Assembly: GCA_965238175.1 (NCBI GenBank)
Contig: CBDEGZ010000003.1
Location: 2,720,001 to 2,784,000, forward strand
DNA: 64,000 nucleotides
Direction of reading: 5' to 3'
DNA from: Gammaproteobacteria bacterium
Lineage (GTDB): Bacteria; Pseudomonadota; Gammaproteobacteria; CAJXQU01
A program made the translations under genes and the position numbers. The notes beneath the pieces are model-generated. The model saw only the letters and a program-made list of their open reading frames with translations. It did no database searches and was not told the origin of the DNA. Shown here piece by piece: positions 8,843-20,154 of the stretch. Position 1 is the stretch's first letter. Every line of letters starts with the position of its first letter.

Positions 8843-9355
8843 TTATTTCTCTAAATACTCATCAGAATTTCTCTTAGCTTTTGCGGCGGCTTCATATTGC
8901 CCTGCACCTTCAAGTGATAGTGAAATAACTAACCAGTTCCCACCAATCAAGCGTCTGTTCCCATTGGCTAATGCAATTGAACGATTAGCAAGTTCAACCG
9001 CCTGTGGCCATTTTTTTTGTTGCATCCGTAGCACAGCAAGTCGATGCCATAACCACGGGTTATCAGGCTCAATGTGGATTGCTCTTTCTAACGTAGCAGC
9101 AGCCTTATCGCCTTGTCCAGCTTCAGCCTGTTGTCTAGCTATTTCAAGTAGTTCAATAGCGGATCCACTAGCTGTTGGTGTAGTGTTTTGACCAGTAGCC
9201 TGTGATCCAACAGAAGGCGCAGTTGAGCTTTTTGGATAAGTCTCATCCGATTCCTGGACAGGCGTATTTTGGGTATGAGATGTAGTACATCCAGATAATC
9301 CAAGCAAACAACTTAAACAAATACCGATCTCAATTTTTCGTAAAAGTAAACTCAT
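8843..9355 (-). CDS. TPR lipoprotein, LpoP-like candidate PBP1B activator
   Basis: Lipobox LSGC, S/T/P-rich linker, TPR AAATLERAIHIEPDNPWLWHRLA; directly downstream of mrcB. Confidence 0.75.
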   Translation of the reverse strand: MSLLLRKIEIGICLSCLLGLSGCTTSHTQNTPVQESDETYPKSSTAPSVGSQATGQNTTPTASGSAIELLEIARQQAEAGQGDKAAATLERAIHIEPDNPWLWHRLAVLRMQQKKWPQAVELANRSIALANGNRRLIGGNWLVISLSLEGAGQYEAAAKAKRNSDEYLEK

Positions 9356-9379
9356 TCTCTAATAACCATTATTCAAAAT

Positions 9380-11755
9380 CTAAAACCCAAAAAAACCACT
9401 CTTTTGATTACAGTTTTCTATTTCACCTGAAACAGAACCTGATTTAAATGGTAAAGGAATAGATCCAGGACACTCTTTTTCGGTGATTTTACCTGATTGT
9501 TGGTTTATCCAATACCATTTTATATTCTCAGGCGGTGTCAATTTAACCGGTTTTGTAGGAATTGCTTGCATCAAATCGATCCAAACACGCAATGCCCCTG
9601 AAGCACCGGTTAACCCAGACGATTTATTATCATCACGCCCCAACCAAATAACCCCTAATGTATTTTGATCAAAACCTGCAAACCAACTATCACGTAGAGC
9701 ACTGGTTGTTCCGGTCTTACCCGCCAAAGGCAAATCGCTTAACAGACTTGATGCAGCTTTTGCAGTTCCAATTCTGACAACCTCAGTCATTGCATATTTG
9801 ATCAAGTAAGCATCTTCAGAATCAATAACACGATCTATTTCCAATTCATTTCGTTGTAGTGGTTTATTCTCTTTCGTCAAAACAGCGCGAATTGCACGTG
9901 GTGGGATACTAAAACCATCATTAGCAAATGTTTGATAAACACGGCTAATTTCCAACGGGGATAAGGCAACTGCACCTAACAATGTTGAAGGATAGTCAGA
10001 GATAGATCTACCGAGTCCTAGTGAATTCAAACGATCGACTATCGAAGGGATCCCTAATTCACGCCCTAACCAAACTGTTGCAGCATTATATGAATTAACC
10101 AAAGCAGTGATTAATGGTACTTCCCCATGAAATTTTTTATCGTAATTCTCAGGCTTCCAACTATTTTGATTTTTAATCATCCATGTGATCGGTTCATCTT
10201 TAACCATCGATGCCAATGTCCATCCTTTTTCCAAAGCTTCTAAATAAATCACCGGTTTGATTAATGATCCAATATGACGAGTAGAATTGATCGCTCTGTT
10301 GTAGTCTGCTTTACGCGGTTGTCGATCACCCACCATCGCGAGCGTCTCCCCGCTTTTTATATCTGTTAGAACAATCGCACCCTGTAATTGATCTTTAGGT
10401 AATTTTTTTTGTCGCTCGAGATTTATGATCTTATCTTTAAGCACCTTTTCAGCCTTCTCCTGCAAGATAGGATCTAGTGTTGTGAATATTTTCAATCCAG
10501 CTGTCCGTAAATCATTTTGATTATAATTTTTGATCAACTGCTTCCGAACTAAATCAGTAAACGCCGGGTAACGTGAACGACTCAATGATCGTTTTGTCTT
10601 TATGTCAGGATTTCTTAATGAGTTGTCTTTTTTTTGCTGTTCACTAATCAGACCTTCAGCAACCATGCTGTTAAGTACAATATTTCGACGTTGCATTGCT
10701 CGCTTGGGATGACGCCTAGGCTCGAAGTATGAAGGTCCTTTTACTAAACCAACTAACATGGCTAATTGATCAGAGCGTAATTCATTCAAAGGCGCAGCAA
10801 AATAATACTCAGCTGCCAGACCAAAGCCATGTATCGCACGATTATTATCCTGACCTAAAAAAACTTCATTCATATAAGCGGTAAGAATCTCATCTTTCTC
10901 GTAACGAAGTTCCAGCAATAGAGCCATTACCAACTCCGTAAACTTCCGTTTAAAGGTTCTTTCATGGGTTAAATAAAAGTTTTTAATCAATTGTTGGGTC
11001 AAGGTGCTAGCACCTTGCTTAGTTTTCATTGCTTGCAAATTGATCCAAAATGCACGCGCTATGCCTCTTGGATCAATTCCGTGGTGTTGGTAAAAACGTC
11101 GATCTTCCGTTGCTAAAAGAGCCTGGATCAAAAATGGAGGGATATCCTCATGTTTAAGAATGATTCGATCTTCTCGATGCATTGGAAATATTTTTGCGAT
11201 TTCCACAGGTTCAACTCGTAGAATAGGGACAACGCTACCCGAGCCAATTTGACTAATTTTTATAAGTTTTCGACCTTTAAAACGCAAAGAGATTCTTTGT
11301 GCAGGCTCATTTCCATCTAAGAAAATAAACCCTCTGGTATGAAGGTTTATAACACTCTCATTTGCAGAAAATTCACCAGGATTTTTTGCAGAAAGAACTC
11401 GCCTATAACCAAGTAGCTTCAATTCTGTCTGAACATCGACGAGATTTATGTTTTTTCCTGAAAAAAGTTCTAACGGTCTAGCAAAAACCCTGGCTGGCAA
11501 TGCCCAACGCTGACCTTCAAATTGTTGTTGAATCGTATGATCTAACCATACTAACCACGACGAAAGTATAATTAGTATAATAATAGATAGATAAAAAAGT
11601 GAACGTAATGAAATAATCGAAGATGGCCGTCGCTTTTTTGACACAGCCTCCCTCTTACGACGAACTCGCTTTGTACTCTTATTGTTACTTTTTGTTTTAT
11701 TAGTAGTTTTTTTCCGACTAACCGTGCGTTTTTTTTTGCTTACGTTTTTTGCCAC
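9380..11755 (-). CDS. mrcB: Penicillin-binding protein 1B
   Basis: UB2H region, transglycosylase EDRRFYQHHG and GASTLTQQL, transpeptidase SLIK, SYN, KTG. Confidence 0.95.
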   Translation of the reverse strand: MAKNVSKKKRTVSRKKTTNKTKSNNKSTKRVRRKREAVSKKRRPSSIISLRSLFYLSIIILIILSSWLVWLDHTIQQQFEGQRWALPARVFARPLELFSGKNINLVDVQTELKLLGYRRVLSAKNPGEFSANESVINLHTRGFIFLDGNEPAQRISLRFKGRKLIKISQIGSGSVVPILRVEPVEIAKIFPMHREDRIILKHEDIPPFLIQALLATEDRRFYQHHGIDPRGIARAFWINLQAMKTKQGASTLTQQLIKNFYLTHERTFKRKFTELVMALLLELRYEKDEILTAYMNEVFLGQDNNRAIHGFGLAAEYYFAAPLNELRSDQLAMLVGLVKGPSYFEPRRHPKRAMQRRNIVLNSMVAEGLISEQQKKDNSLRNPDIKTKRSLSRSRYPAFTDLVRKQLIKNYNQNDLRTAGLKIFTTLDPILQEKAEKVLKDKIINLERQKKLPKDQLQGAIVLTDIKSGETLAMVGDRQPRKADYNRAINSTRHIGSLIKPVIYLEALEKGWTLASMVKDEPITWMIKNQNSWKPENYDKKFHGEVPLITALVNSYNAATVWLGRELGIPSIVDRLNSLGLGRSISDYPSTLLGAVALSPLEISRVYQTFANDGFSIPPRAIRAVLTKENKPLQRNELEIDRVIDSEDAYLIKYAMTEVVRIGTAKAASSLLSDLPLAGKTGTTSALRDSWFAGFDQNTLGVIWLGRDDNKSSGLTGASGALRVWIDLMQAIPTKPVKLTPPENIKWYWINQQSGKITEKECPGSIPLPFKSGSVSGEIENCNQKSGFFGF

Positions 11756-11829
11756 AGTTTTACCACAGATTTAAGCCATTAGATTGTTGTTGAACAATAA
11801 ATCCAGAGAATTGAGGGTAATTGCCATAT

Positions 11830-11860
11830 AAAAAAGCCTTACTTATTTCTAAGCAAGGCT
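11830..11860 (-). terminator. Rho-independent terminator after the histone-like gene
   Basis: AGCCTTGCTTA-GAAA-TAAGTAAGGCT followed by a T-run on the minus strand. Confidence 0.8.
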
Positions 11861-11926
11861 CTTTAAATCAAGAAAATGTGAAATGGATCAAAAGCAGCAT
11901 GCTTACTACAAATCCAGATCAATTAT

Positions 11927-12427
11927 TTACTTTGCTGCTTTAGCCTTAGCTGCCGCCTTTCTTGCTTTAAGCCGCTCACGCACTTTTTTTGCCTTGGCGC
12001 GTTCATTATCTTTCAGCATCTTAGAATAGTTTTTTTCAAATTTATTTTGAAAAGCTGCAAATGCTTTGTTATAAGCTACTTTCTTTCGAAGTTTAGCTTT
12101 TCTCTCTTGCTGTTTAGCACGTTTTATATCTCTAGCTTCGCGCTGCTGCTCAGTCAACGGCACACCCCTTCCTTTTGCAGTGGCCTTCCTAGCAACTTTC
12201 TTCTTAGCAACCATCTTTTTCTTAGCAGGTCTTCCTCTGACAGCCACTTTTTTCTTACTAGTAGCTTTCTTTTTAGCAACCGTTTTTTTCTTCGCTACGG
12301 TTTTCTTCTTATTGATCACTCTTTTCTTTGCAATTACTTTCTTTTTTGAAACTATTTTCTTTTTAGCCAAAGGTTTTTTCTTTGTTGCAGATTTTTTACG
12401 AGAAACTTTCTTTTTTGCCAATGCCAT
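11927..12427 (-). CDS. Lysine-rich histone H1-like nucleoid protein
   Basis: About 12 xxAKKK-type hexapeptide repeats, RGRP motif, basic helical C-terminus; ATG 12427 has a GAGGT RBS. Confidence 0.75.
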   Translation of the reverse strand: MALAKKKVSRKKSATKKKPLAKKKIVSKKKVIAKKRVINKKKTVAKKKTVAKKKATSKKKVAVRGRPAKKKMVAKKKVARKATAKGRGVPLTEQQREARDIKRAKQQERKAKLRKKVAYNKAFAAFQNKFEKNYSKMLKDNERAKAKKVRERLKARKAAAKAKAAK

Positions 12428-12538
12428 ATTGAGGATACCTCTTCGGTAATTAATTGATCTTGAATATATGAACTTTCTAACTATAACATATTCATTAATG
12501 TCGTAAACCATCAAACATCTTTATATACATGATATTTT

Positions 12539-13192
<654 letters not shown>

Positions 13193-13282
13193 CTATATTT
13201 AGAATTCTGTATTTGTGAGTAATTATTGAAAGGTGTTATCTTACTGGCAGTTAAAAAAAAGTACACTGGGATTTATCTAAAA

Positions 13283-13660
13283 ATGAAACTTGAAACGAAC
13301 AATGATAATTCATCTTATGTGATTCATGCTTATGATGATTTTGGCATAACTGTTAATGATAAAAAACTTACTCATAGTTTCATTATTAGTCCTGATGAAC
13401 TAATCCCTGATTGGCGACCTGACAGATTTACAGAATTAACCATCGACGATGTAATTGATATCTTAAATTTAAAACAGGAAATTGTTATTCTCGGTTGTGG
13501 TAAACATTCTGTCCTACCTGATCAATCAATTATTAATATTATTAAAAAGAAAGGAGTTGGTTTTGAAATAATGGATACTTATGCTGCATGTCGCTGCTAT
13601 AGCATTCTCGTTTCTGAAGGCCGAAGTGTGGCTGCTGGTCTAATTATTAACCAGGAATAA
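13283..13660 (+). CDS. Mth938-like domain protein
   Basis: EIVILGCG, FEIMDTYAACRCYSILVSEGRSVAAGL. Confidence 0.85.
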   Translation: MKLETNNDNSSYVIHAYDDFGITVNDKKLTHSFIISPDELIPDWRPDRFTELTIDDVIDILNLKQEIVILGCGKHSVLPDQSIINIIKKKGVGFEIMDTYAACRCYSILVSEGRSVAAGLIINQE

Positions 13661-13676
13661 CGATGGCAGGCTTTTT

Positions 13677-14675
13677 TTATTCTTCTGGACACAAGGTCTC
13701 TATTGACAGCCCTTCTTTCTCAAGTTGATGCCTCAAACGTTTAAGCGCTTCCAATTGAATTTGTCGTACTCTTTCACGAGTAACACCAATTAATTTCCCA
13801 ACTTCTTCTAAAGTGTGAATATCGCTCCCGTGTATGCCAAAACGATATTCAACCACTGCACGTTGTTTATCATTTAAGGTCATAAGCCAGCTATCCAGAT
13901 GTAACTTGATATCATCATCTTGAAGTTTAATGGCCGGATCACTTTTATTTTCATCAGGAACAGTATCAAGAATAGAAAGCTCCGACTCACCAGCGACAGG
14001 AACATTCACCGAGATGACACGATCATTCATACTCAAAATACTTTCAACGTCTTCAACTTCCCGATCTAAATAGACAGCTATATCTTCCGCACTTGGCTCA
14101 CCTGTCATAGTCTGAGAAAGTTTATAACGTGCTCTAAGACAAGCATTTAGCTCTTTAACAACATGGATTGGAAGTCGTATGGTTCTTGTCTGATTCATAA
14201 TGCCGCGTTCAATTGTTTGACGAATCCACCATGTCGCATAAGTAGAAAAACGAAAACCTTTTTCAGGATCAAACTTCTCTACCGCTCGAATTAAACCAAG
14301 ATTTCCTTCTTCTATCAAATCTAAAAAAGCGAGACCACGATTCATATATCGTCTAGCGATCTTGACCACCAGTCGGAGGTTACTTTCGATCATTCTCTTC
14401 TTCGCATCAGGATCGCCTTGTTGAACCTTACGTGCAACGAGGACTTCTTCTTCGGCAGTTAATAATGGAGAAAAACCAATCTCATTAAGATAGAGACTAG
14501 TCGCATCAAGATCACGATTATTCAAATTTTTAGCTATTTTTTGTTCGCCATCAAGGGGACTTTCTTCTGTCTTTTGGTTGCTGGTCTCAACTCTTTCGAT
14601 AGGCGTATTATCTGAGACAGTTTTTGTTTCAAAGTCTAAAGGGTGTGAATTCTCATTTTCTTCAATTTCACTCAT
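13677..14675 (-). CDS. rpoS: RNA polymerase sigma factor RpoS
   Basis: [46 protein letters not shown]. Confidence 0.93.
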   Translation of the reverse strand: MSEIEENENSHPLDFETKTVSDNTPIERVETSNQKTEESPLDGEQKIAKNLNNRDLDATSLYLNEIGFSPLLTAEEEVLVARKVQQGDPDAKKRMIESNLRLVVKIARRYMNRGLAFLDLIEEGNLGLIRAVEKFDPEKGFRFSTYATWWIRQTIERGIMNQTRTIRLPIHVVKELNACLRARYKLSQTMTGEPSAEDIAVYLDREVEDVESILSMNDRVISVNVPVAGESELSILDTVPDENKSDPAIKLQDDDIKLHLDSWLMTLNDKQRAVVEYRFGIHGSDIHTLEEVGKLIGVTRERVRQIQLEALKRLRHQLEKEGLSIETLCPEE

Positions 14676-14947
14676 TGGAATATTATCAATTAGTTTAAAA
14701 GATACTTCATAAAACTTATGTTAATTACAAGAATATTAGTTTTCTAACTTTTATTAAAGTTCTATACGTTTTAATCTCTTTGTGTGATCCTAGTATGCCT
14801 ACTAATTGTCTGATATAAAAGCTTCAAGATAGCTACTCTTATTCCAAACTGAATCGTAAAAAAACTATTCGTATCTTATAGATGGTTGTTAATTAAGTGA
14901 TCAAGTGACAAAATTAGCCTGAAAGGACCCATCAAGAGGTACAGCTT

Positions 14948-15379
14948 ATGAACACAGCACAACAAGTATTAAATAGCCGTGATGATCATCGAATATGGTC
15001 TATCAAACCCGACGCCACTGTCTACGAAGCAATTGCCGAGATGGACAACAGAAGCGTAGGTGCTTTACTGGTAATGGAAGGAGAGCAGCTTTTAGGTATT
15101 ATTTCTGAGCGAGATTACACGCGTAAAATCGTTTTAAAACAGAAGTCATCACGCACAACAAAAGTGTTAGACATTATGACACAGGATATTTTTTGCGCTC
15201 AAAAAGAAGAATCCATTGATAAATGTATGCGCCTCATGCATAAACATGCGTTCAGGCATTTACCCATTCTTGATGGGAAGACAGTAATCGGTATGCTCAC
15301 GGTTAAAGATGTTCTTGGTAGCTTACTTTCAGAAAAAGACGAACTAATCCACCAATTGGAAAATTATATCAATAGCTGA
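14948..15379 (+). CDS. Tandem CBS-domain protein
   Basis: VGALLV, GIISERDY, FRHLPI. Confidence 0.9.
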   Translation: MNTAQQVLNSRDDHRIWSIKPDATVYEAIAEMDNRSVGALLVMEGEQLLGIISERDYTRKIVLKQKSSRTTKVLDIMTQDIFCAQKEESIDKCMRLMHKHAFRHLPILDGKTVIGMLTVKDVLGSLLSEKDELIHQLENYINS

Positions 15380-15422
15380 CCTTTGTTATATTTTAAGCTT
15401 CAGCTCAAAAACAGTTGACACT

Positions 15423-17054
15423 ATGGCACCCAATGATACGCCTGCATGGAGGAAACTTCGGCAACACTACCTGACGATTAAATCTGTACATATGCGCCAA
15501 CTCTTCGATAATAATAGTCAGCGAGTTAAAAAATTCTCCGCCCAAACAGAAGACATATTCCTCGATTATTCGAAAAACCGTATTGATCAAACAGCGATGG
15601 ATCTTTTGATCAAACTGGCTGAAGAGAGAGAACTCGATATTATGCGGTCAGCGATGTTTAACGGCGAAAAGATAAACTTCACTGAACAACGTGCAGTAAT
15701 GCATACAGCTTTAAGAAATCGTTCTAAAAGACCTTCTTTAGCCGATGGTAGAAGTGTTAAATCATCTGTAAAAGATGTTCTAAAAAAACTCGGCGTTTTT
15801 TCTGACAGAGTTCGGAGTGGAAAATGGTTAGGCTATTCAGGGAAACCAATCAAAACCATTATTAATATTGGCATAGGCGGTTCCCACCTTGGTCCAAAAC
15901 TAGTCTCAAATGCGCTCGCTGAATATAATAATTCTACTCTCGATTGTTGGTTTATTTCGAGCTCAGATATCAACACATTACTCAATAAAGTTGATCCCGA
16001 AACAACCCTTTTTATTGTCGTCTCTAAATCATTTTCGACACAAGAAACGATTGCAAATGCTGAATTGGCCAAATCATGGCTAGTCAAAAAATCTGGAGAC
16101 AAGAGCTCGGTCGCTAAACATTTTGTCGCTGTTTCTGCAAATCATCAGGCAACTGGCATGTTTGGAATTGATCATGAAAATGTCTTTGAACTCTGGGATT
16201 GGGTAGGGGGACGCTATTCTTTATGGAGCTCAGTTGGCCTCTCCATTATCTTACAAATTGGAATAGAACAATTTGAAGCCATGCTTGAGGGTGCATGGCG
16301 TATGGATGAACATTTTCGTACGACACCTTTTGATCAAAACTTACCTGTGATTATGGCGCTGCTCGGTGTTTGGTATACAAACTTTTTCGATACCACTTGC
16401 CATGCTGTCGAGCCATATGACGTACGCCTGGAAGGCCTACCGTCCTATCTACAACAGTTAGACATGGAAAGCAATGGCAAATCTGTCACCGCAAATGGAA
16501 CGACAGTTAATTATAATACGGGCCCTATCATTATTGGTTCGGTAGGTACTGACTGCCAACATGCATATTTTCAATCACTGCATCAAGGTAGCCACCTCAT
16601 CCCAGTGGACTTTATTGCTTCGCTTCAACCACCACCTTATTCTGCAAAAAAACAACATGAAGCTTTGTTGGCAAACTGCTTTGCACAATCAGAGGCAATG
16701 ATGTGTGGACGCACAGAACAAGAAATTCGTACTGAACTCAAAAATTCAGATCTAAGTACAGGTGATATTGAGTTACTGACTCTACATAAAGTTATTCCAG
16801 GAAACAAACCCAGTAATACTCTTTTAGTCAATGATGTTACACCTGAATCTTTTGGTGCTCTTCTAGCACTTTATGAACACAAAGTTTTTGTCCAAGGCGT
16901 CATTTGGAATATTAACTCCTTTGATCAATGGGGTGTTGAATTAGGCAAACAATTAGCAAAAACGATTCAACAAGATTTAAAACAGAAGGTTTTCGACGAA
17001 CATGATTGCTCGACAGAGAGTTTAATGCGTAAGTATCGTTTAGGGAACCTTTGA
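15423..17054 (+). CDS. pgi: Glucose-6-phosphate isomerase
   Basis: NIGIGGSHLGP, DWVGGRYSLWS, QQLDMESNGK, FDQWGVELGK. Confidence 0.97.
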   Translation: MAPNDTPAWRKLRQHYLTIKSVHMRQLFDNNSQRVKKFSAQTEDIFLDYSKNRIDQTAMDLLIKLAEERELDIMRSAMFNGEKINFTEQRAVMHTALRNRSKRPSLADGRSVKSSVKDVLKKLGVFSDRVRSGKWLGYSGKPIKTIINIGIGGSHLGPKLVSNALAEYNNSTLDCWFISSSDINTLLNKVDPETTLFIVVSKSFSTQETIANAELAKSWLVKKSGDKSSVAKHFVAVSANHQATGMFGIDHENVFELWDWVGGRYSLWSSVGLSIILQIGIEQFEAMLEGAWRMDEHFRTTPFDQNLPVIMALLGVWYTNFFDTTCHAVEPYDVRLEGLPSYLQQLDMESNGKSVTANGTTVNYNTGPIIIGSVGTDCQHAYFQSLHQGSHLIPVDFIASLQPPPYSAKKQHEALLANCFAQSEAMMCGRTEQEIRTELKNSDLSTGDIELLTLHKVIPGNKPSNTLLVNDVTPESFGALLALYEHKVFVQGVIWNINSFDQWGVELGKQLAKTIQQDLKQKVFDEHDCSTESLMRKYRLGNL

Positions 17055-17201
17055 TGTGTCTGAACGAGAAAGTTTTTGAATTAAAATACTCAAGGTCAAG
17101 GTGCTAAACGCAAGGAATAGTTGTTCTATTGCTAAGTTTCGCACCGCTGAAATTGAGTATTTTGGACTAAAACTGACCGTTCATGACATATCAGAGTTCC
17201 C
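17043..17201. mobile_element. MITE-like element, copy 1 (GGGAAC...GTTCCC family)
   Basis: Imperfect terminal IR GGGAACCTTTGATGTGTC / GACATATCAGAGTTCCC flanked by TTA on both sides; colinear homology to 41744-41905. Confidence 0.8.
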
Positions 17202-18482
17202 TTAGGAAGGCTCTGATAAAACCGATGAAACAATGTTAATAGAGATCAACTTTCTTGTTAATGCGGCAGAGAGTGCTTTATATATTTTTACTTGACAAGG
17301 CTGAGAAAGATTTTCTATTAGCTCATAAGTTAGCTTTATCACTCTGGTTTGAGTAGTCGCTGTAATAGTTGTGGTATATGGCTCTCTAGTTATAAATGAA
17401 ACCTCACCAAAACTATCACCAATATTAATACTCTCGGTAGAAAATTCACCTTTCATAAGCACATAAAAACCCTGAACAAGCTGATCTTGCTGAATAATCT
17501 GGGCACCTTGATTAAATTTCAACCAGATACAGCCACGACTAATCACTTTAATTTCATTATCATCAAAATCATCAAAAAAGTTCAGAGCTCTGACTTCACT
17601 TTCTTTATCTGTGAAGACATTTGCTGTGTCTTTCACAGAATAAATATGTTTTAAACATTTGATCATTTCTGAAGCAGAGTGGAAACGTAGCTTTGGATCT
17701 TTTCTCAAAGCACGCATGATGAACTTCACAAGCTCATCTGAAAGTTCAGGTTTGAAATCTAATGGGCTAGCGGGAGCTTCATTCACAACCTTAAAGATCA
17801 ATTTAGAAAAACTTTCTGAGGCAAAAGGGTGTTTACCAGTTAACAACTCATACATTACAACACCCAGTGAGTAGAGATCTGTTTGGTAGGTAATAACGTC
17901 TTCCTGGATTTGTTCAGGAGACATATAGCGAGGAGAACCAACAAAACCAGTTGACATTGTTATTTCAAAACCAGGTTTGTTTACATAAGCAATACTAAAG
18001 TCTGCTAACTTAACCTTTTTATCTTCTGTTACAAGTAAATTTGCAGGTTTTATATCTCGATGTATAACACCCATAGAATGCATATATTCAAGTCCTGATG
18101 CACATTGTATAAGCAACTCCACTGCTTGTTCTGGTGTTAATAAATTTTCATTAGAAATATACTCTTTAATCGTTCGAGCATGTTTGACCAACTCCATAAC
18201 AATAAAATGTTTACCTTGATCATTACCATAATCAAATACTCGCATGATATTTGAATGGTTTAATAGCCGTGCAGTTTTAGCCTCACGAATAAACATCTCG
18301 TTAAGCTGTCGTGCCTGGAGTTTGTCTTTTACTTGATACGAACGCGATACCTTGATCGCTACAGACTGCTCTGCAATTGGATCAAATGCTTCATAAACTG
18401 TACCCATACTACCATGAGCTAATCTTTCAATAATTTGATATTTCCCAAGCCTTTTAGGGATTGTATGCTTTGGCTTATTCAC
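17202..18482 (-). CDS. Hanks-type Ser/Thr protein kinase with C-terminal cyclic-nucleotide-binding domain
   Basis: VAIK, HRDIKPAN, DFS, YMSPEQ; C-terminal GDSFGEVSF cNMP-like motif; no TM helix. Confidence 0.85.
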   Translation of the reverse strand: MNKPKHTIPKRLGKYQIIERLAHGSMGTVYEAFDPIAEQSVAIKVSRSYQVKDKLQARQLNEMFIREAKTARLLNHSNIMRVFDYGNDQGKHFIVMELVKHARTIKEYISNENLLTPEQAVELLIQCASGLEYMHSMGVIHRDIKPANLLVTEDKKVKLADFSIAYVNKPGFEITMSTGFVGSPRYMSPEQIQEDVITYQTDLYSLGVVMYELLTGKHPFASESFSKLIFKVVNEAPASPLDFKPELSDELVKFIMRALRKDPKLRFHSASEMIKCLKHIYSVKDTANVFTDKESEVRALNFFDDFDDNEIKVISRGCIWLKFNQGAQIIQQDQLVQGFYVLMKGEFSTESINIGDSFGEVSFITREPYTTTITATTQTRVIKLTYELIENLSQPCQVKIYKALSAALTRKLISINIVSSVLSEPS

Positions 18483-18537
18483 GATTTTTTATTGTTTTTT
18501 AGCCTGTGTTTTAGAAAATGCTATTTGGAGGTTCAGA

Positions 18538-20151
18538 TCAAGATTGTTCTTCAGCATGTTGTATAGGATTGTTGATCAATTGACTATGATCTTCAATCGA
18601 AAAAGAAAAAGTACTTCCTTTATCCAATTCTGATTCAACCATTATCTGACCTCCCATCAACTCTATTAACTGTCTACTGATCACAAGTCCTAACCCTGTG
18701 CCACCATAATTTCGAGTAGTAGAAGCATCCGCTTGTACAAAAGCATTAAAAATAACGTCTTGCCTATCTTCCGGGATACCGACACCACTATCTTCAACTT
18801 CAAACAAAACATATTCTTTACTTTGTGTAGTTAAAAGTCTTATTTGAACAAATCCATCACTCGTGAATTTAATTGCATTCCCAACTAAATTGTACAATAC
18901 CTGTCGTAATCGGCCTGGATCTGTAATAATTGATTTTAGTTCTTCATTTTCAATGGTGTAATCTAGTAAAACACCACTCTCTCTCGCCGAACCAGAAAGT
19001 AGATTGATCACATCTTTTATAATTTCTTCAGGATTAAAACTAATTTTTTCTAACTCGACTGAATTCGTACTCAGCTTTGACATATCGAACACATTCTCAA
19101 TTAGCTCTAATAGTGACTCTGCTGATCTATGAGCAACATTTATATATTCTAATTGTTCTACACTCATTTCCGACTGTTTTAATAAATTATGCACACCCAT
19201 AACGCCATTAAGTGGTGTCCTAAGTTCATGACTCATGTTACTTAAAAAGTCAGACTTCACTCTGGTGGCTTCGATCGCTTCTTCTGATGCTTTCTCAGCC
19301 TTGATTTCGGCCAATTTTCTTCTTGTTATATCTTGACTAATACCGATGACACGATGAGCTTTACCCCCCTTATCATGTGTCACTACCTTTGCACGTCCAG
19401 ATGTCCACATCCAGTCGCCTGATGATTTAAGCATCCTGAATTCACAGTCAAAATAATCAAGTCTGCCAAACAAATGCTGACACATCATTTTCTTCACATT
19501 CGACCAATCTTCCGGATGTACCAGATCTTGCCACTCCGAAATATAAGAATGTAATTTAGCATGCTCATAACCTAACATACCCATAAGACCGCCATGGAAA
19601 ACTTCCCGAGTATCTACGTGCCAATCCCACATGGCCAGATCCCCAGAACTTAACGCTAATTTAATTCGATTATTTGCTTGAGATAATTCCAGTACATTTG
19701 AACGTAATAATGCCTCTTGATTCACAGTAGCACTTATATCTGAGACTTGAATTAAACAATGATGTTTATCTTCAGTACCTAATTTAATCGGCCTTATCTC
19801 AATCGCTTGTGGAATTTTTTCTGATTGATTCGGGTTAAACAAAGGTAAAGGAGCTTTATGAATTGATTGAGCCAAGATTGATGAGCTACCATTTTTAATG
19901 GCATTATTAACAACGTAGAAAAAATGCTTATCTGTTATTTCTGAAAAAATAGAACAATAGCTTTTACCGATAACTTCATTCTGTGTTAGACCGCTCTTTT
20001 CTTCCATCCAACGATTCCACAAAATTACAGAACCATGCGGGTCTATCATCACTATACCGATATTAATAGCTTCAATTATCTTATTCATCGTGTGTTTACT
20101 ATATTCCGATTTGATCTGATCTGAACTGATCAACTGTTTTATTCTACTCAT
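18538..20151 (-). CDS. Cytoplasmic PAS-PAS sensor histidine kinase (no receiver domain)
   Basis: SNMSHELRTPL H-box, NLVGNAIKFT, DSGVGI, GGTGLGL; PAS motif VHPED. Confidence 0.9.
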   Translation of the reverse strand: MSRIKQLISSDQIKSEYSKHTMNKIIEAINIGIVMIDPHGSVILWNRWMEEKSGLTQNEVIGKSYCSIFSEITDKHFFYVVNNAIKNGSSSILAQSIHKAPLPLFNPNQSEKIPQAIEIRPIKLGTEDKHHCLIQVSDISATVNQEALLRSNVLELSQANNRIKLALSSGDLAMWDWHVDTREVFHGGLMGMLGYEHAKLHSYISEWQDLVHPEDWSNVKKMMCQHLFGRLDYFDCEFRMLKSSGDWMWTSGRAKVVTHDKGGKAHRVIGISQDITRRKLAEIKAEKASEEAIEATRVKSDFLSNMSHELRTPLNGVMGVHNLLKQSEMSVEQLEYINVAHRSAESLLELIENVFDMSKLSTNSVELEKISFNPEEIIKDVINLLSGSARESGVLLDYTIENEELKSIITDPGRLRQVLYNLVGNAIKFTSDGFVQIRLLTTQSKEYVLFEVEDSGVGIPEDRQDVIFNAFVQADASTTRNYGGTGLGLVISRQLIELMGGQIMVESELDKGSTFSFSIEDHSQLINNPIQHAEEQS

Positions 20152-20154
20152 TTT

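Noticed and set aside
12428-12530. Longer start and possible FliA site (TAAAGATG..TACGACAT) for the histone-like gene
   Set aside because: RBS supports ATG 12427; the site has the wrong spacing and a poor -10 match
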